A stretch of 54,600 nucleotides of DNA from assembly GCA_964500215.1 (NCBI GenBank), contig CAZCNA010000001.1, positions 1 to 54,600 on the forward strand, read 5' to 3'. Below are positions 47,000 to 54,600 of this stretch, in pieces. Below the pieces are notes generated by a model. The model saw nothing but the letters and a program-made list of their open reading frames with translations, was not told where the DNA came from and did not search any database. The stretch is from an uncultured Candidatus Saccharibacteria bacterium (GTDB lineage: Bacteria > Patescibacteriota > Minisyncoccia > Phycocordibacterales > CAIZLB01). Every line of letters starts with the position of its first letter. Within the stretch, counting starts at the first letter, position 1. Both the position numbers and the translations under genes were made by a program.

Positions 47000-47593
47000 T
47001 TATTGAGCAACAGTACATTCCGTAGAAAGACTCAACGTCTTTCTTGTTTTTGTCTTTACGTTATATGAAACCTGAGCATTGAATCGAGCATTCCCTGTTG
47101 AACTCATATATTCATCGTATCGTGCGCAATTTTCTTTTGTCACTTCTTTTGTTGTTGGGACAGAATATAAAACTTCATCTCCTTGAATTGTAACTTCTTG
47201 CGAGCCAAACCGGGCATACCAATCTTCATGCATCTTTTCGCATGAACGTAGATTATATATTGTTAACTGGCGTATATCTGGACCTGTGCCACTGTCGATA
47301 ACCACGACATCTGTTGTGGAAGCGAGAAAAGAGGGGTAGTTGTACTTACTTGAAGGAAATTGTTTTTCACCATTACAGCCATACTGAGAAAATGCAGCGA
47401 CCAATTGTGCGTCCTCGTTGAATGTTGATCCTTCTTCTTCTGCAACTACTGTCTGCTCTACCGAAACCGCAGGCTGAGTCGTCTGTGTGGCAGTTGGCAA
47501 TGGAACAAAGATGCTAATAAGTACAACACCAATGATCGCAATTGCGAGAAGTACTGAAAGGATTAGTAAAACAATTTTAAAGAATTTTTTCAT
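47000..47593 (-). CDS. Hypothetical membrane-anchored protein
   Basis: 197 aa with a signal anchor (KIVLLILSVLLAIAIIGVVLISIF) and four Cys in the ectodomain. Confidence 0.45.
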   Translation of the reverse strand: MKKFFKIVLLILSVLLAIAIIGVVLISIFVPLPTATQTTQPAVSVEQTVVAEEEGSTFNEDAQLVAAFSQYGCNGEKQFPSSKYNYPSFLASTTDVVVIDSGTGPDIRQLTIYNLRSCEKMHEDWYARFGSQEVTIQGDEVLYSVPTTKEVTKENCARYDEYMSSTGNARFNAQVSYNVKTKTRKTLSLSTECTVAQ

Positions 47594-47623
47594 TTGTTGA
47601 TGGGTTATAGTAACCTTCAGAAT

Positions 47624-47696
47624 ACTTATAGGGGGTGTCTATCGGGAATTGAACCCGAATTGAGAGTTCCACAAACTCCAGTGTTAACCTTTACAC
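47624..47696 (-). tRNA. tRNA-His (GTG) with a genome-encoded G-1; CCA not encoded
   Basis: Reverse complement: G-GTGTCTA..GGAGT-TTGTGGA-ACTCT..TCGGG-TTCAATT-CCCGA-TAGACAC-C. Folded by hand. Confidence 0.85.
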
Positions 47697-47796
47697 CATA
47701 GACACCATATTGTGCTTCGAGAAACCCCGAAGCGCATCAGAATATAACACATATTTTGGCCTTTTGTACAGCCATCCGACGGTCACTCTCCTCCCC

Positions 47797-48411
47797 CTAT
47801 TTGTAACTCGGTGGCAGCTCACTCACCCCAGCGAGATGATTACTCATACGAGCAAGCGCATAGAGAAGACTCGAAAGTCGATTGAGGTAGGCCAAGGCGG
47901 AATCTGAAATGCACACAATATCCCCAGATTCTGCGGATTGCGTATTTTGTTCGATCAAGGCTTTCAATTCATCATTCCGAGCAACCACTCGACGCTCTGC
48001 ACGACGAGCAAATGTTCGAGCAACATCAAAGAGAGCTGCCAACTCAGTTCCTCCTGAAATAAAGAACGTCTTTATAGGAGGCAACTGCTGTTCGATAGTA
48101 TTGATGATATGTTCGGTGTGAGGCACTTTGCCTTCTGGGAGAGGCTTTGGAAATCCAGCGACTTCAGCTTGGATGATAAACAATGTTTCTTGTACAGAAT
48201 GCACAATTGCATCGAATGACAGAGGCCCTTCTTCGAGCGGAACACTGTATCCGCTTTTTGTACTGGCGATTTTTACTAATCCTAAAAAAGAGTTCACTTC
48301 ATCGAGCGCACCAAGCGCTTCTGCAACGAGTGTGCCTTTTGAGATTCGCTGCCCAGGTTTTGAATTAAATGTTTTTGTAGTACCACCGTCCCCTTTTCCT
48401 GTGAACAACAT
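47797..48411 (-). CDS. PduO-type ATP:cob(I)alamin adenosyltransferase family protein
   Basis: TGKGDGGTT...ISKGTLVAEALGALDEVNSFLG and ...YLNRLSSLLYALAR. Confidence 0.8.
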   Translation of the reverse strand: MLFTGKGDGGTTKTFNSKPGQRISKGTLVAEALGALDEVNSFLGLVKIASTKSGYSVPLEEGPLSFDAIVHSVQETLFIIQAEVAGFPKPLPEGKVPHTEHIINTIEQQLPPIKTFFISGGTELAALFDVARTFARRAERRVVARNDELKALIEQNTQSAESGDIVCISDSALAYLNRLSSLLYALARMSNHLAGVSELPPSYK

Positions 48412-48457
48412 ATGAAGAATTTATTAACGAATTATAAATACAGATACTTTTTATGAT

Positions 48458-49243
48458 TTATTGAACTATTCTGCCGAGCGGACCAGTTTTGGACAATACA
48501 TCATACAATTCTACATATGGCACAAGCACTTCAGGTTCGCCCGCTGCATACGCTGCAACTTGGTACTGATTGAAGATAAATCGAATACCTGCGTCGGTGA
48601 TAACAAACGCTTCGTAATTTTCGGCTTTTGGAGCGGCACCTTGGGCGATGAGGTCGCTATCACCGTATTTGTTTTTCAAGTCCTTTTGCACATATGTGGC
48701 GATACGCTTGAGATACTCACTGCCGGGTGTAAAAAGAGAATCGAGTGTCATTACATTTCCTGTTTGTGTATCAAAGTTAAACGTAACTGTCATATTGCCG
48801 GGATGTGCTGCTCCTGCTTCAAAATATGTCTCTGACATACGAAACGCCACGATATTTGGGAGTATTGTGAATACCTCAGATCTGTATCCAATATCGAGAC
48901 TACTCACCTCTCCTTGCATAGGCGCTATTTCTTGAGAAGATTTTTTGAAATCGTTCGTGAGATTCAAAATTTGATCATAAATTGTTTTATTTATTTTTCG
49001 TTCTGCGTCTTTGTTTTGTAGACCAGAAACTTCAGGATATTCTGTATTAATTTCATATCCTGCGGTGATGTTTTTTTCTGATGTTTTCTTTGGGGTGAGA
49101 ATAGGCTGACTGAGGGCGGGCGTTGATGTGGAGTTCTGAAGTGGACTATGTGCGCGATCCTTATTTAATTCGCGAAGATACAAAAACACAGTACCTCCGA
49201 TAATGATTATTAATATAAGTATGAGTCCTACATTTTTCTTCAT
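48458..49243 (-). CDS. Membrane-anchored DUF3298/DUF4163 (RsiV/PdaC C-terminal-like) protein
   Basis: N-terminal TM helix. YPEVSGLQNKDAERKINKTIYD and YFEAGAAHPGNMTVTFNFDTQTGNVMTLDSLF. The ATG at 49243 is preferred over the GTG at 49249. Confidence 0.7.
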   Translation of the reverse strand: MKKNVGLILILIIIIGGTVFLYLRELNKDRAHSPLQNSTSTPALSQPILTPKKTSEKNITAGYEINTEYPEVSGLQNKDAERKINKTIYDQILNLTNDFKKSSQEIAPMQGEVSSLDIGYRSEVFTILPNIVAFRMSETYFEAGAAHPGNMTVTFNFDTQTGNVMTLDSLFTPGSEYLKRIATYVQKDLKNKYGDSDLIAQGAAPKAENYEAFVITDAGIRFIFNQYQVAAYAAGEPEVLVPYVELYDVLSKTGPLGRIVQ

Positions 49244-49282
49244 GTCCACATTGTATCACCACCCTGCAAAATGTTATCCACC

Positions 49283-49310
49283 AAAAAAGGCCCCTTGTTG
49301 GGGCCTTTTT
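49283..49310. terminator. Terminator following tRNA-Leu
   Basis: AAAAAAGGCCCC-TTGTT-GGGGCCTTTTT. Confidence 0.75.
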
Positions 49311-49316
49311 GTCATG

Positions 49317-49400
49317 TGCGCAGGAGAAGACTTGAACTTCCATACCCTTGCGGGCGCTACCACCTCAAGGTAGTGCGTCTACCAGTTTCGCCACCTGCGC
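49317..49400 (-). tRNA. tRNA-Leu (GAG), long variable arm
   Basis: Reverse complement: GCGCAGG..CTACC-TTGAGGT-GGTAG-(variable arm CGCCCGCAAGGGTAT)-GGAAG-TTCAAGT-CTTCT-CCTGCGC-A. Confidence 0.85.
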
Positions 49401-49410
49401 ATGTGCAGGT

Positions 49411-49438
49411 ACTATACCAGTTTTATATATTATTTCAA
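49411..49438 (-). promoter_or_regulatory. Promoter TTGAAA-16 nt-TATAGT, 10 nt upstream of tRNA-Leu
   Basis: Hexamers at 49433-49438 and 49411-49416 on the minus strand. Confidence 0.55.
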
Positions 49439-49482
49439 CTGTCTCACATACTGTACGGATAATCTGCAGGCGACTTTTGCAC

Positions 49483-49516
49483 AAAAAAACCCTGAGCGTA
49501 GTACTCAGGGCTTTTT
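49483..49516. terminator. Terminator after rplS
   Basis: AAAAAAACCCTGAG-CGTAGTA-CTCAGGGCTTTTT. Confidence 0.75.
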
Positions 49517-49530
49517 GTATGTTTGTTAGA

Positions 49531-50007
49531 TTATGCTGCAACTTCTACGGGAGAGGCTTCTTCTGTAACTTCAGCTGATTCTTCTGGAACGTTTGTGTTT
49601 GCTGACATCATTTCCATTTTCATTCGCTTACTGATTTCCTTTGCTGCCTTTGCTCGGATGTAATAAAGTTTTGATCGTCGAACCTTTGCTCGCTTTGTCA
49701 CCTCGATCTTGTCGATTGATGGAGAGTAAAGTGGGAAAATTCGTTCTACGCCGTATCCATTAGATACCTTTCGTACTGTAAATGTAGCGCCTGCTTCAGC
49801 ACCGTGCTTTCGAGCGAGGACGAGACCTTCGAATACCTGAAGTCGTGTCTTACCTTTTTCCTGAATTTTTTGGTGAACTCGAACTGTATCTCCAGACTTC
49901 ATGTCGAGATTCTTTCGAGCGTCCTTATTGATCTTTGCAACAGTTACTTTTGTAGATCGTGGAGCTGTACCACCTTTGTTTTGAGTTGTTCCTTTGATTG
50001 CTGCCAT
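49531..50007 (-). CDS. rplS: 50S ribosomal protein L19 (with N- and C-terminal extensions)
   Basis: [31 protein letters not shown]...[29 protein letters not shown]. Confidence 0.95.
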   Translation of the reverse strand: MAAIKGTTQNKGGTAPRSTKVTVAKINKDARKNLDMKSGDTVRVHQKIQEKGKTRLQVFEGLVLARKHGAEAGATFTVRKVSNGYGVERIFPLYSPSIDKIEVTKRAKVRRSKLYYIRAKAAKEISKRMKMEMMSANTNVPEESAEVTEEASPVEVAA

Positions 50008-50033
50008 GGCCCTGCAATATAACAAAACTTATC

Positions 50034-50783
50034 TTATAAGTCAAAGGTTTCTAGGGCTTTTTTGAAGTCCTCGGGTAATGGAGCCTCAAATTGGTGTGCC
50101 TTACCGTCAGGACCTTCTACCTCTATTGTCCTCGCGTGAAGGGCTACACGGGCAAACCCAAGCTCTTTGGGGTGGTTGGGCGCATAGAGACTATCTGCCA
50201 CTACGGGGTGGTTTATAGCCTTAAAATGGACGCGAATCTGGTGCGTACGGCCTGTTTTTGGATACGCTTCTATATATGTAAAATTGAGCGGAATTTCACC
50301 TCCTTTGTGCTGGGGAGATTCTTTTCGGGCAATTACCTTGTATTCCGTCGTTGCTGGACGAAGTTCACCTCGGGCAAATCGTTCAGCTGACCATTTTCGA
50401 AAATCACTCTTACTTCGGCCAATCGGTCGGTCAATAGTGCCTTTGTCTTCTTTTACAAGGCCCCAAACGAATGCATTATATGTCTTCTTTACTTCTCTCT
50501 CCTGGAAAAGTGCCTTGAAATGGCTAAACGCCTCCTGCGTTTTGGCCACAATCATAACGCCAGAGGTCTCTCTATCCAACCGATGCACAATGCCAGGACG
50601 ATACAATATAGTACCGTTTTGGAGGGTCATTGGTTCGCCCACTTCTTTCATATCGGGATACTTCTCCAAAAGCCAATCGCAAAGTGTCTTTTCTACGGTT
50701 TTTCCGTCAGGATGAACAACCAAGCCAGAGGGCTTGTTGATAGCCAAGAAATCGTCATTTTCGAATATGATGGTTGGGGTCAT
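50034..50783 (-). CDS. RluA/RluD-family pseudouridine synthase (no S4 domain)
   Basis: FLAINKPSGLVVHP, HRLDRETSGVMIVAKT, GRTHQIRVH. Start at the ATG at 50783. Confidence 0.9.
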   Translation of the reverse strand: MTPTIIFENDDFLAINKPSGLVVHPDGKTVEKTLCDWLLEKYPDMKEVGEPMTLQNGTILYRPGIVHRLDRETSGVMIVAKTQEAFSHFKALFQEREVKKTYNAFVWGLVKEDKGTIDRPIGRSKSDFRKWSAERFARGELRPATTEYKVIARKESPQHKGGEIPLNFTYIEAYPKTGRTHQIRVHFKAINHPVVADSLYAPNHPKELGFARVALHARTIEVEGPDGKAHQFEAPLPEDFKKALETFDL

Positions 50784-50866
50784 TGCCAGTACTATAGCAC
50801 AGACATTGAAAAGTTTTGAAAAATAGTTTATGATGCCCCTATTCAGTGAAGGCACTGAAAACAGCC

Positions 50867-50939
50867 GGGAGATTAGCTCAGTTGGTAGAGCAACTCGTTT
50901 ACACCGAGAAGGTCACAGGTTCGAGTCCTGTATCTCCCA
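50867..50939 (+). tRNA. tRNA-Val (TAC)
   Basis: GGGAGAT-TA-GCTC-AGTTGGTA-GAGC-A-ACTCG-TTTACAC-CGAGA-AGGTC-ACAGG-TTCGAGT-CCTGT-ATCTCCC-A. Confidence 0.9.
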
Positions 50940-50945
50940 CAAATA

Positions 50946-50978
50946 TAAAAAGGTTCCCATTTTGTGGGAGCCTTTTTT
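50946..50978. terminator. Terminator after tRNA-Val (has both A and T tracts, usable in both directions)
   Basis: AAAAA-GGTTCCCA-TTTTG-TGGGAGCC-TTTTTT. Confidence 0.7.
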
Positions 50979-50994
50979 GTTCACGAAAAACATC

Positions 50995-51191
50995 CTCGTT
51001 CAAAGAGACTTGTGAGCGCGAGGGCGCGAGTACATACAATAAAAAGGAATCGGTCCTTACAGGACCAGTACAGGTTTCGCATCGTACTCGCCTCCGCGTT
51101 GCTCCGGCTCCGTGCGATATGCTCAACCCTTTCGATTCCTCGACGGAGGCGCAACTTTGCGCCTCCTCGGGCGCACATTCGCTCCGCTCAT
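50995..51191. other. GC-rich ~190-nt multi-helix element between tRNA-Val and tRNA-Arg (candidate small ncRNA; strand and family unassigned)
   Basis: 36/60 GC on line 51061-51120. Helices: GGAGGCGCA-(4 nt)-TGCGCCTCC, GCGAGTAC...GTACTCGC, GGTCC-(5 nt)-GGACC, and end-closing TGAGCG...CGCTCA. The only ORFs here (75-128 aa) are track ORFs overlapping on both strands with implausible protein sequence. Confidence 0.35.
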
Positions 51192-51266
51192 TGGTGCCCC
51201 CGCGAGGAATCGAACCTCGAATAACGGCTTAGAAGTCCGCAGTTATATCCATTTAACTACAGGGGC
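51192..51266 (-). tRNA. tRNA-Arg (TCT) with encoded CCA
   Basis: Reverse complement: GCCCCTG-TA-GTTA-AATGGATA-TAAC-T-GCGGA-CTTCTAA-GCCGT-TATT-CGAGG-TTCGATT-CCTCG-CGGGGGC-A-CCA. One A-G mismatch closes the anticodon loop. Confidence 0.8.
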
Positions 51267-51302
51267 ATGTGACCAAACTGAACTCCCGGAATATATCAAA
51301 TT

Positions 51303-51674
51303 TTACTGATTCTGGCTAACAGAAGAACTTGCCGCGCCAGCCGCACCACCAGAGGTTGATGTGGCAGACGAACTCGTTGAATTCACAGGACCATTCGAAA
51401 TTTTCAAAATCGCAGAAAATTGCTTGTTGCGTGCTTCATATCGGGCAACGAGATCCTTGAGTTCATCCCCTTTTGTTCTTCCAGACAATGTCACCTGACC
51501 AATTGCAAAATTCACTGACTCTGTAGAATTCTGAATGTCTTGGAAAAAGAGATATCCCCACACAGCAATACCAATCGTCACACATGTTGCCGCAATCAAT
51601 AGACGCTTCCAATCTCGGTGCGCAGAGCTTCCGAATATATAGAAATGTTTCAATTGTTCTTTGAGTTGTTCCAT
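51303..51674 (-). CDS. Hypothetical single-pass membrane protein, last gene of the pilMNO-like operon
   Basis: 123 aa with a TM helix (LLIAATCVTIGIAVWGYLFF) and a Ser/Ala/Gly-rich tail. Confidence 0.45.
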   Translation of the reverse strand: MEQLKEQLKHFYIFGSSAHRDWKRLLIAATCVTIGIAVWGYLFFQDIQNSTESVNFAIGQVTLSGRTKGDELKDLVARYEARNKQFSAILKISNGPVNSTSSSATSTSGGAAGAASSSVSQNQ

Positions 51675-51678
51675 ATGG

Positions 51679-52221
51679 TTATTTCTTTTTTACAAGAGAG
51701 ATATCAAATTTTGTTTTCCATGTGCCCGTCAATGTATTTCCTTCTGACCCTGTCAGTGCAGTATCAACAGTATCTATACGTACATTGTATGGGAGATTTT
51801 CGACGAGCGAAAGAAACTTCTGTGTTCCTCTCCAACTTCCTTGAGTTGTTATCACAATATGGAGCAACTCTTTACCTTGCCCTGTGAGAGGAGCGTAGTC
51901 AGTGAGCGCAATTGTCTCTGTTGTATACGTGAGACCTGAAGATTTACTGAGACCTTCGATGAGCTGCACGACTTCAACTTCTTGTCCTGGTTCGATGATG
52001 AAGTCTTTTATCTTCACCAATTCATCACTTCCAGAAAGCGCAGCTCGACGAAGAGAACTCATCTTGAGTGTCTTCACCTGTGAATCAACAAGTTCATTTT
52101 TTAATGCGTCTGTTCGAGTATGAACGATACTGATTCGTTTGTATTCCAATATCAATGCACCTACAGCGATGACTGTGATGAGACCAACAAATGTGAGAAG
52201 CTGTGTTGTTTTGCTATTCAT
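51679..52221 (-). CDS. pilO: PilO-like type IV pilus assembly protein
   Basis: 180 aa: N-terminal TM helix, then a coiled coil and a ferredoxin-like region. Position directly after the pilN-like gene. Confidence 0.5.
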   Translation of the reverse strand: MNSKTTQLLTFVGLITVIAVGALILEYKRISIVHTRTDALKNELVDSQVKTLKMSSLRRAALSGSDELVKIKDFIIEPGQEVEVVQLIEGLSKSSGLTYTTETIALTDYAPLTGQGKELLHIVITTQGSWRGTQKFLSLVENLPYNVRIDTVDTALTGSEGNTLTGTWKTKFDISLVKKK

Positions 52222-52222
52222 A

Positions 52223-52786
52223 TTATTGTGGTGTTGAACTTGCTGTTATTCCCTTCACACCCAACATCAATGTGAAATCAATATTTTTGTCTTTTGTGAA
52301 ATTTGAGAGAGGCACACGCGCGCCCTCAAAATACGTATCCGCCTGAAGTAATCGCACAAATTGTGTGAGATCTGATCGACTATCCGCTCGACCAACGAGT
52401 TCGAGAGTCAATGTGTTATCAGCTTTGAGAACATATCCAAATCGAGTGATGTGAATACCCCCTGGTGCCATAGCCTGTATACGGTGAATGACTTCAGTCG
52501 GTGACTGAGCTGCGCCGAATGGTTGCAATGCCTGAATATTATCCGTGATTTCTTTTACAACGTCTGCAGTTTTGTCCCCTTGCTGGAGCGCCAATGCATC
52601 ATCGAGCGATTGTTTGGCGCTCTTTATTTCATTGTACTTCATGTGACTGTATATATATGAAGGAAGAAGTGCGACAACACCAATGACAGCAATTGCGGTA
52701 ATGAATATACAAGCGACAATAATAAGCCTCTTTTGATATTCGAGTTTTACCTGCTTTTTGTGTTGTTCGGGGAGGAGGTGCAACAT
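52223..52786 (-). CDS. pilN: PilN-like fimbrial assembly protein
   Basis: N-terminal LHLLPEQHKK (the INLLP-type motif that binds PilM), then one TM helix. 187 aa. Confidence 0.65.
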   Translation of the reverse strand: MLHLLPEQHKKQVKLEYQKRLIIVACIFITAIAVIGVVALLPSYIYSHMKYNEIKSAKQSLDDALALQQGDKTADVVKEITDNIQALQPFGAAQSPTEVIHRIQAMAPGGIHITRFGYVLKADNTLTLELVGRADSRSDLTQFVRLLQADTYFEGARVPLSNFTKDKNIDFTLMLGVKGITASSTPQ

Positions 52787-52787
52787 A

Positions 52788-53897
52788 TTATGTAGTTTCT
52801 TTAGGAAGAGCTAATCCAACCGCCGTGCCGTAATTGAGCGATTCGGCATACGGAATCTCAGGGATATCTTTGTCGAATGACAATACGTTCGTCCAAACAT
52901 TGGCGAGCTCAACATCCACTTTGAGTGACAATGCGAGATATTCGCGGAAGCCGCCGAGGGATGCGTCTTTGCCGGCAAGAATCACGTGTTTGATAGAATC
53001 GATTGTTCGAAGCCCCATCATTTTCTCTTGGTATGACTGCCAATATATATAAATTCGATTGATTTCGTCTTTGAGTGCAGAGGCGGTGTTGATGAGCGAG
53101 AGAAATAATTCTTCGTTATCTTTTGATCGAGAGAATCCTTTTTCGAATTTTATTTTCTCGGCTTCTTCTTTTGAAACATTGAATGATTTCATGATGGCTT
53201 GTGTAAAATCTTCACTTCCAATTTGAATTGTCGATGTAAACTGCACAACATCATCACTCACCACAGAGAGTACTGTTTTTTTGAATCCGAGGTTCATCAC
53301 CAAATATGAATTTTTGTCTTTTTTGTCGATGATTGCTTTTGAGAGCGCCTGATTTTCAATCAAAAATGAAACTGGTGTCATACCGCATGCCACAAAGAGG
53401 TCAATATAATCTTCAGCAACCGCAAGCGGCACGACAGACACCGCAACATGCACGGTGTTTGCTTTGGTGTTTCGATTGATAACATAATATTCGAACAACG
53501 CATCGCTGAGTGAAATAGGTACGTTCTCTTCGAGATGGAATTCAATGTGACTCCGAATAGCATCACTATCCCCGTCTGGCGCATCCATTGTAAACAAATA
53601 TGATTTTTCTTCAGGAATAGAAACTTCTACAAATGAGAGCTTGTATGTTCGTTGGAGTTTTTTGAGTGCCGCCACCACTTCTGTATTGCGGTGCAGGTTT
53701 GTCATATCTGTGAGCACCGTCGGGAGGAGCTGCTCGCCATAAACGCCTAACTTGAGCCCTGCCGTTGTCTGTTTGAGGCCAATACATCGAATGGCCGTTG
53801 GAGAAATATCCACACCAGTGTGAGACATGCTCAAAAATTCTGGCGTCGGGAAATACTTAAAAATATTTTCAAACATACTCATAATAGATTCAACCAT
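52788..53897 (-). CDS. pilM: Type IV pilus assembly protein PilM (actin-like ATPase fold)
   Basis: GVDISPTAIRCIGL..., ...VILAGKDASLGGFREYLA..., ...YGTAVGLAL. 1-nt spacing to the pilN-like gene. The exact start is uncertain (ATGs at 53897, 53882, 53876). Confidence 0.75.
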   Translation of the reverse strand: MVESIMSMFENIFKYFPTPEFLSMSHTGVDISPTAIRCIGLKQTTAGLKLGVYGEQLLPTVLTDMTNLHRNTEVVAALKKLQRTYKLSFVEVSIPEEKSYLFTMDAPDGDSDAIRSHIEFHLEENVPISLSDALFEYYVINRNTKANTVHVAVSVVPLAVAEDYIDLFVACGMTPVSFLIENQALSKAIIDKKDKNSYLVMNLGFKKTVLSVVSDDVVQFTSTIQIGSEDFTQAIMKSFNVSKEEAEKIKFEKGFSRSKDNEELFLSLINTASALKDEINRIYIYWQSYQEKMMGLRTIDSIKHVILAGKDASLGGFREYLALSLKVDVELANVWTNVLSFDKDIPEIPYAESLNYGTAVGLALPKETT

Positions 53898-53986
53898 TCA
53901 TTGCGAATGCTTGTGTCTATTTTATCACACCAATTGAGTTCATGACTAGCAGATTATGCCCGTATATCTTCGTTTTTCAGAAAAAC

Positions 53987-54313
53987 TTATGAAAGAAGTG
54001 TGCCTGCTGGAATCTCTGCTGTTGGTCTAAGGAGTGCGAGTGTTCCATCATGTGATGCCGCAAAAATCATGGCCTGACTTTCGAGTCCCATGATTGATCG
54101 TGGCTCTAGATTTGTCACGAATGGTGATAATGTGCCCACCAAGTCAGTTGGTTCTGTGAATGTTTTGCCAATACCTGATATCACCTGTCGTGGTGCTTCT
54201 TCTCCGAAATCAACAGAAAGCTTGAGTAATTTGTCTGAACCTTCAATTTTTTCTGCAGAAATAATTTTTCCAATTTTAATTTCAATTTTCTTGAGGTCGT
54301 CTATGGTAATCAT
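53987..54313 (-). CDS. Free-standing tRNA-binding domain protein (CsaA/Trbp111-like OB fold)
   Basis: DDLKKIEIKIGKIISAEKIEGSDKLLKLSVDFGEE..RQVISGI. 108 aa. Confidence 0.8.
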   Translation of the reverse strand: MITIDDLKKIEIKIGKIISAEKIEGSDKLLKLSVDFGEEAPRQVISGIGKTFTEPTDLVGTLSPFVTNLEPRSIMGLESQAMIFAASHDGTLALLRPTAEIPAGTLLS

Positions 54314-54357
54314 ATGATTTTAATTAAATACTAAAGTAACGTGTGCTTGTGTGAAAT

Positions 54358-54600
54358 CTACTGGTCTATCAAATGGTCATCGACATCCAAATCTTCCATC
54401 GTGCGTTCTGTCTCAACACTATCATCTTGCACAATTGTATATTTGTCAGGTTGGATAGTCTGAGGAGTATTCTTGAACTTCTGTCGGTCGAGATAACTCT
54501 GAAGGATCACCGCCGCGGCAGATGCATCTATCGTCGTCGTCACTCCCTGCAATCGCTCTGCTTGTATCGTACTCATGATCTCTGGTTCGTAGATAACCTC
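54358..54600 (-). CDS. ruvX: Putative pre-16S rRNA nuclease / Holliday-junction-resolvase-like RuvX (YqgF), C-terminal part; ORF runs off the window end
   Basis: ...EVIYEPEIMSTIQAERL....IDASAAAVILQSYLD. The frame is open from 54600 down to the stop at 54358. Confidence 0.7.
   Translation of the reverse strand, partial: EVIYEPEIMSTIQAERLQGVTTTIDASAAAVILQSYLDRQKFKNTPQTIQPDKYTIVQDDSVETERTMEDLDVDDHLIDQ

Overview
This is a gene-dense, low-GC segment (hand counts on typical 60-nt lines give about 37-40% GC), mostly on the minus strand and dominated by housekeeping genes. It looks like a reduced Candidate Phyla Radiation / Parcubacteria-type bacterial chromosome. Content: the 5' ~665 nt of a 23S rRNA with its own consensus promoter and no 16S or tRNA upstream; ribosomal proteins L7/L12, L10, S18, S6, L11 and L19; FtsK, RecA, EF-P, SSB, TatD, RecO, NusG, SecE, UppP; four aminoacyl-tRNA synthetases (MetRS, GlyRS, IleRS, ArgS); four tRNAs (His-GTG, Leu-GAG, Val-TAC, Arg-TCT); a pilM-pilN-pilO-like type IV pilus set; several large secreted or membrane proteins; and a tight thymidylate-cycle cluster (tmk, glyA, thyA, DHFR-like, dcd). 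I saw no transposase, integrase, CRISPR array or recognisable defence operon. The most unusual observations are: (1) a complete histidine-phosphatase (RHG) domain inserted in-frame inside the IleRS catalytic body; (2) a ~0.6 kb strongly GC-rich unit with a consensus promoter and a 15-bp-stem terminator directly upstream of ileS, whose product (small basic protein or structured RNA) I cannot assign; (3) two more GC-elevated single-gene cassettes, each with its own promoter and terminator (a tandem MazG-like protein with zinc knuckles, and a nucleoside 2-deoxyribosyltransferase-like protein), wedged into the dTMP cluster; (4) a GC-rich ~190-nt multi-helix element between convergent tRNA-Val and tRNA-Arg; (5) a 26-bp perfect inverted repeat bracketing a GC-rich 96-nt core at the rplL stop codon; (6) rplK is not followed by rplA, and rplJ-rplL sit elsewhere without rpoB. 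All functional calls come from motif recognition by eye. No database search was run.
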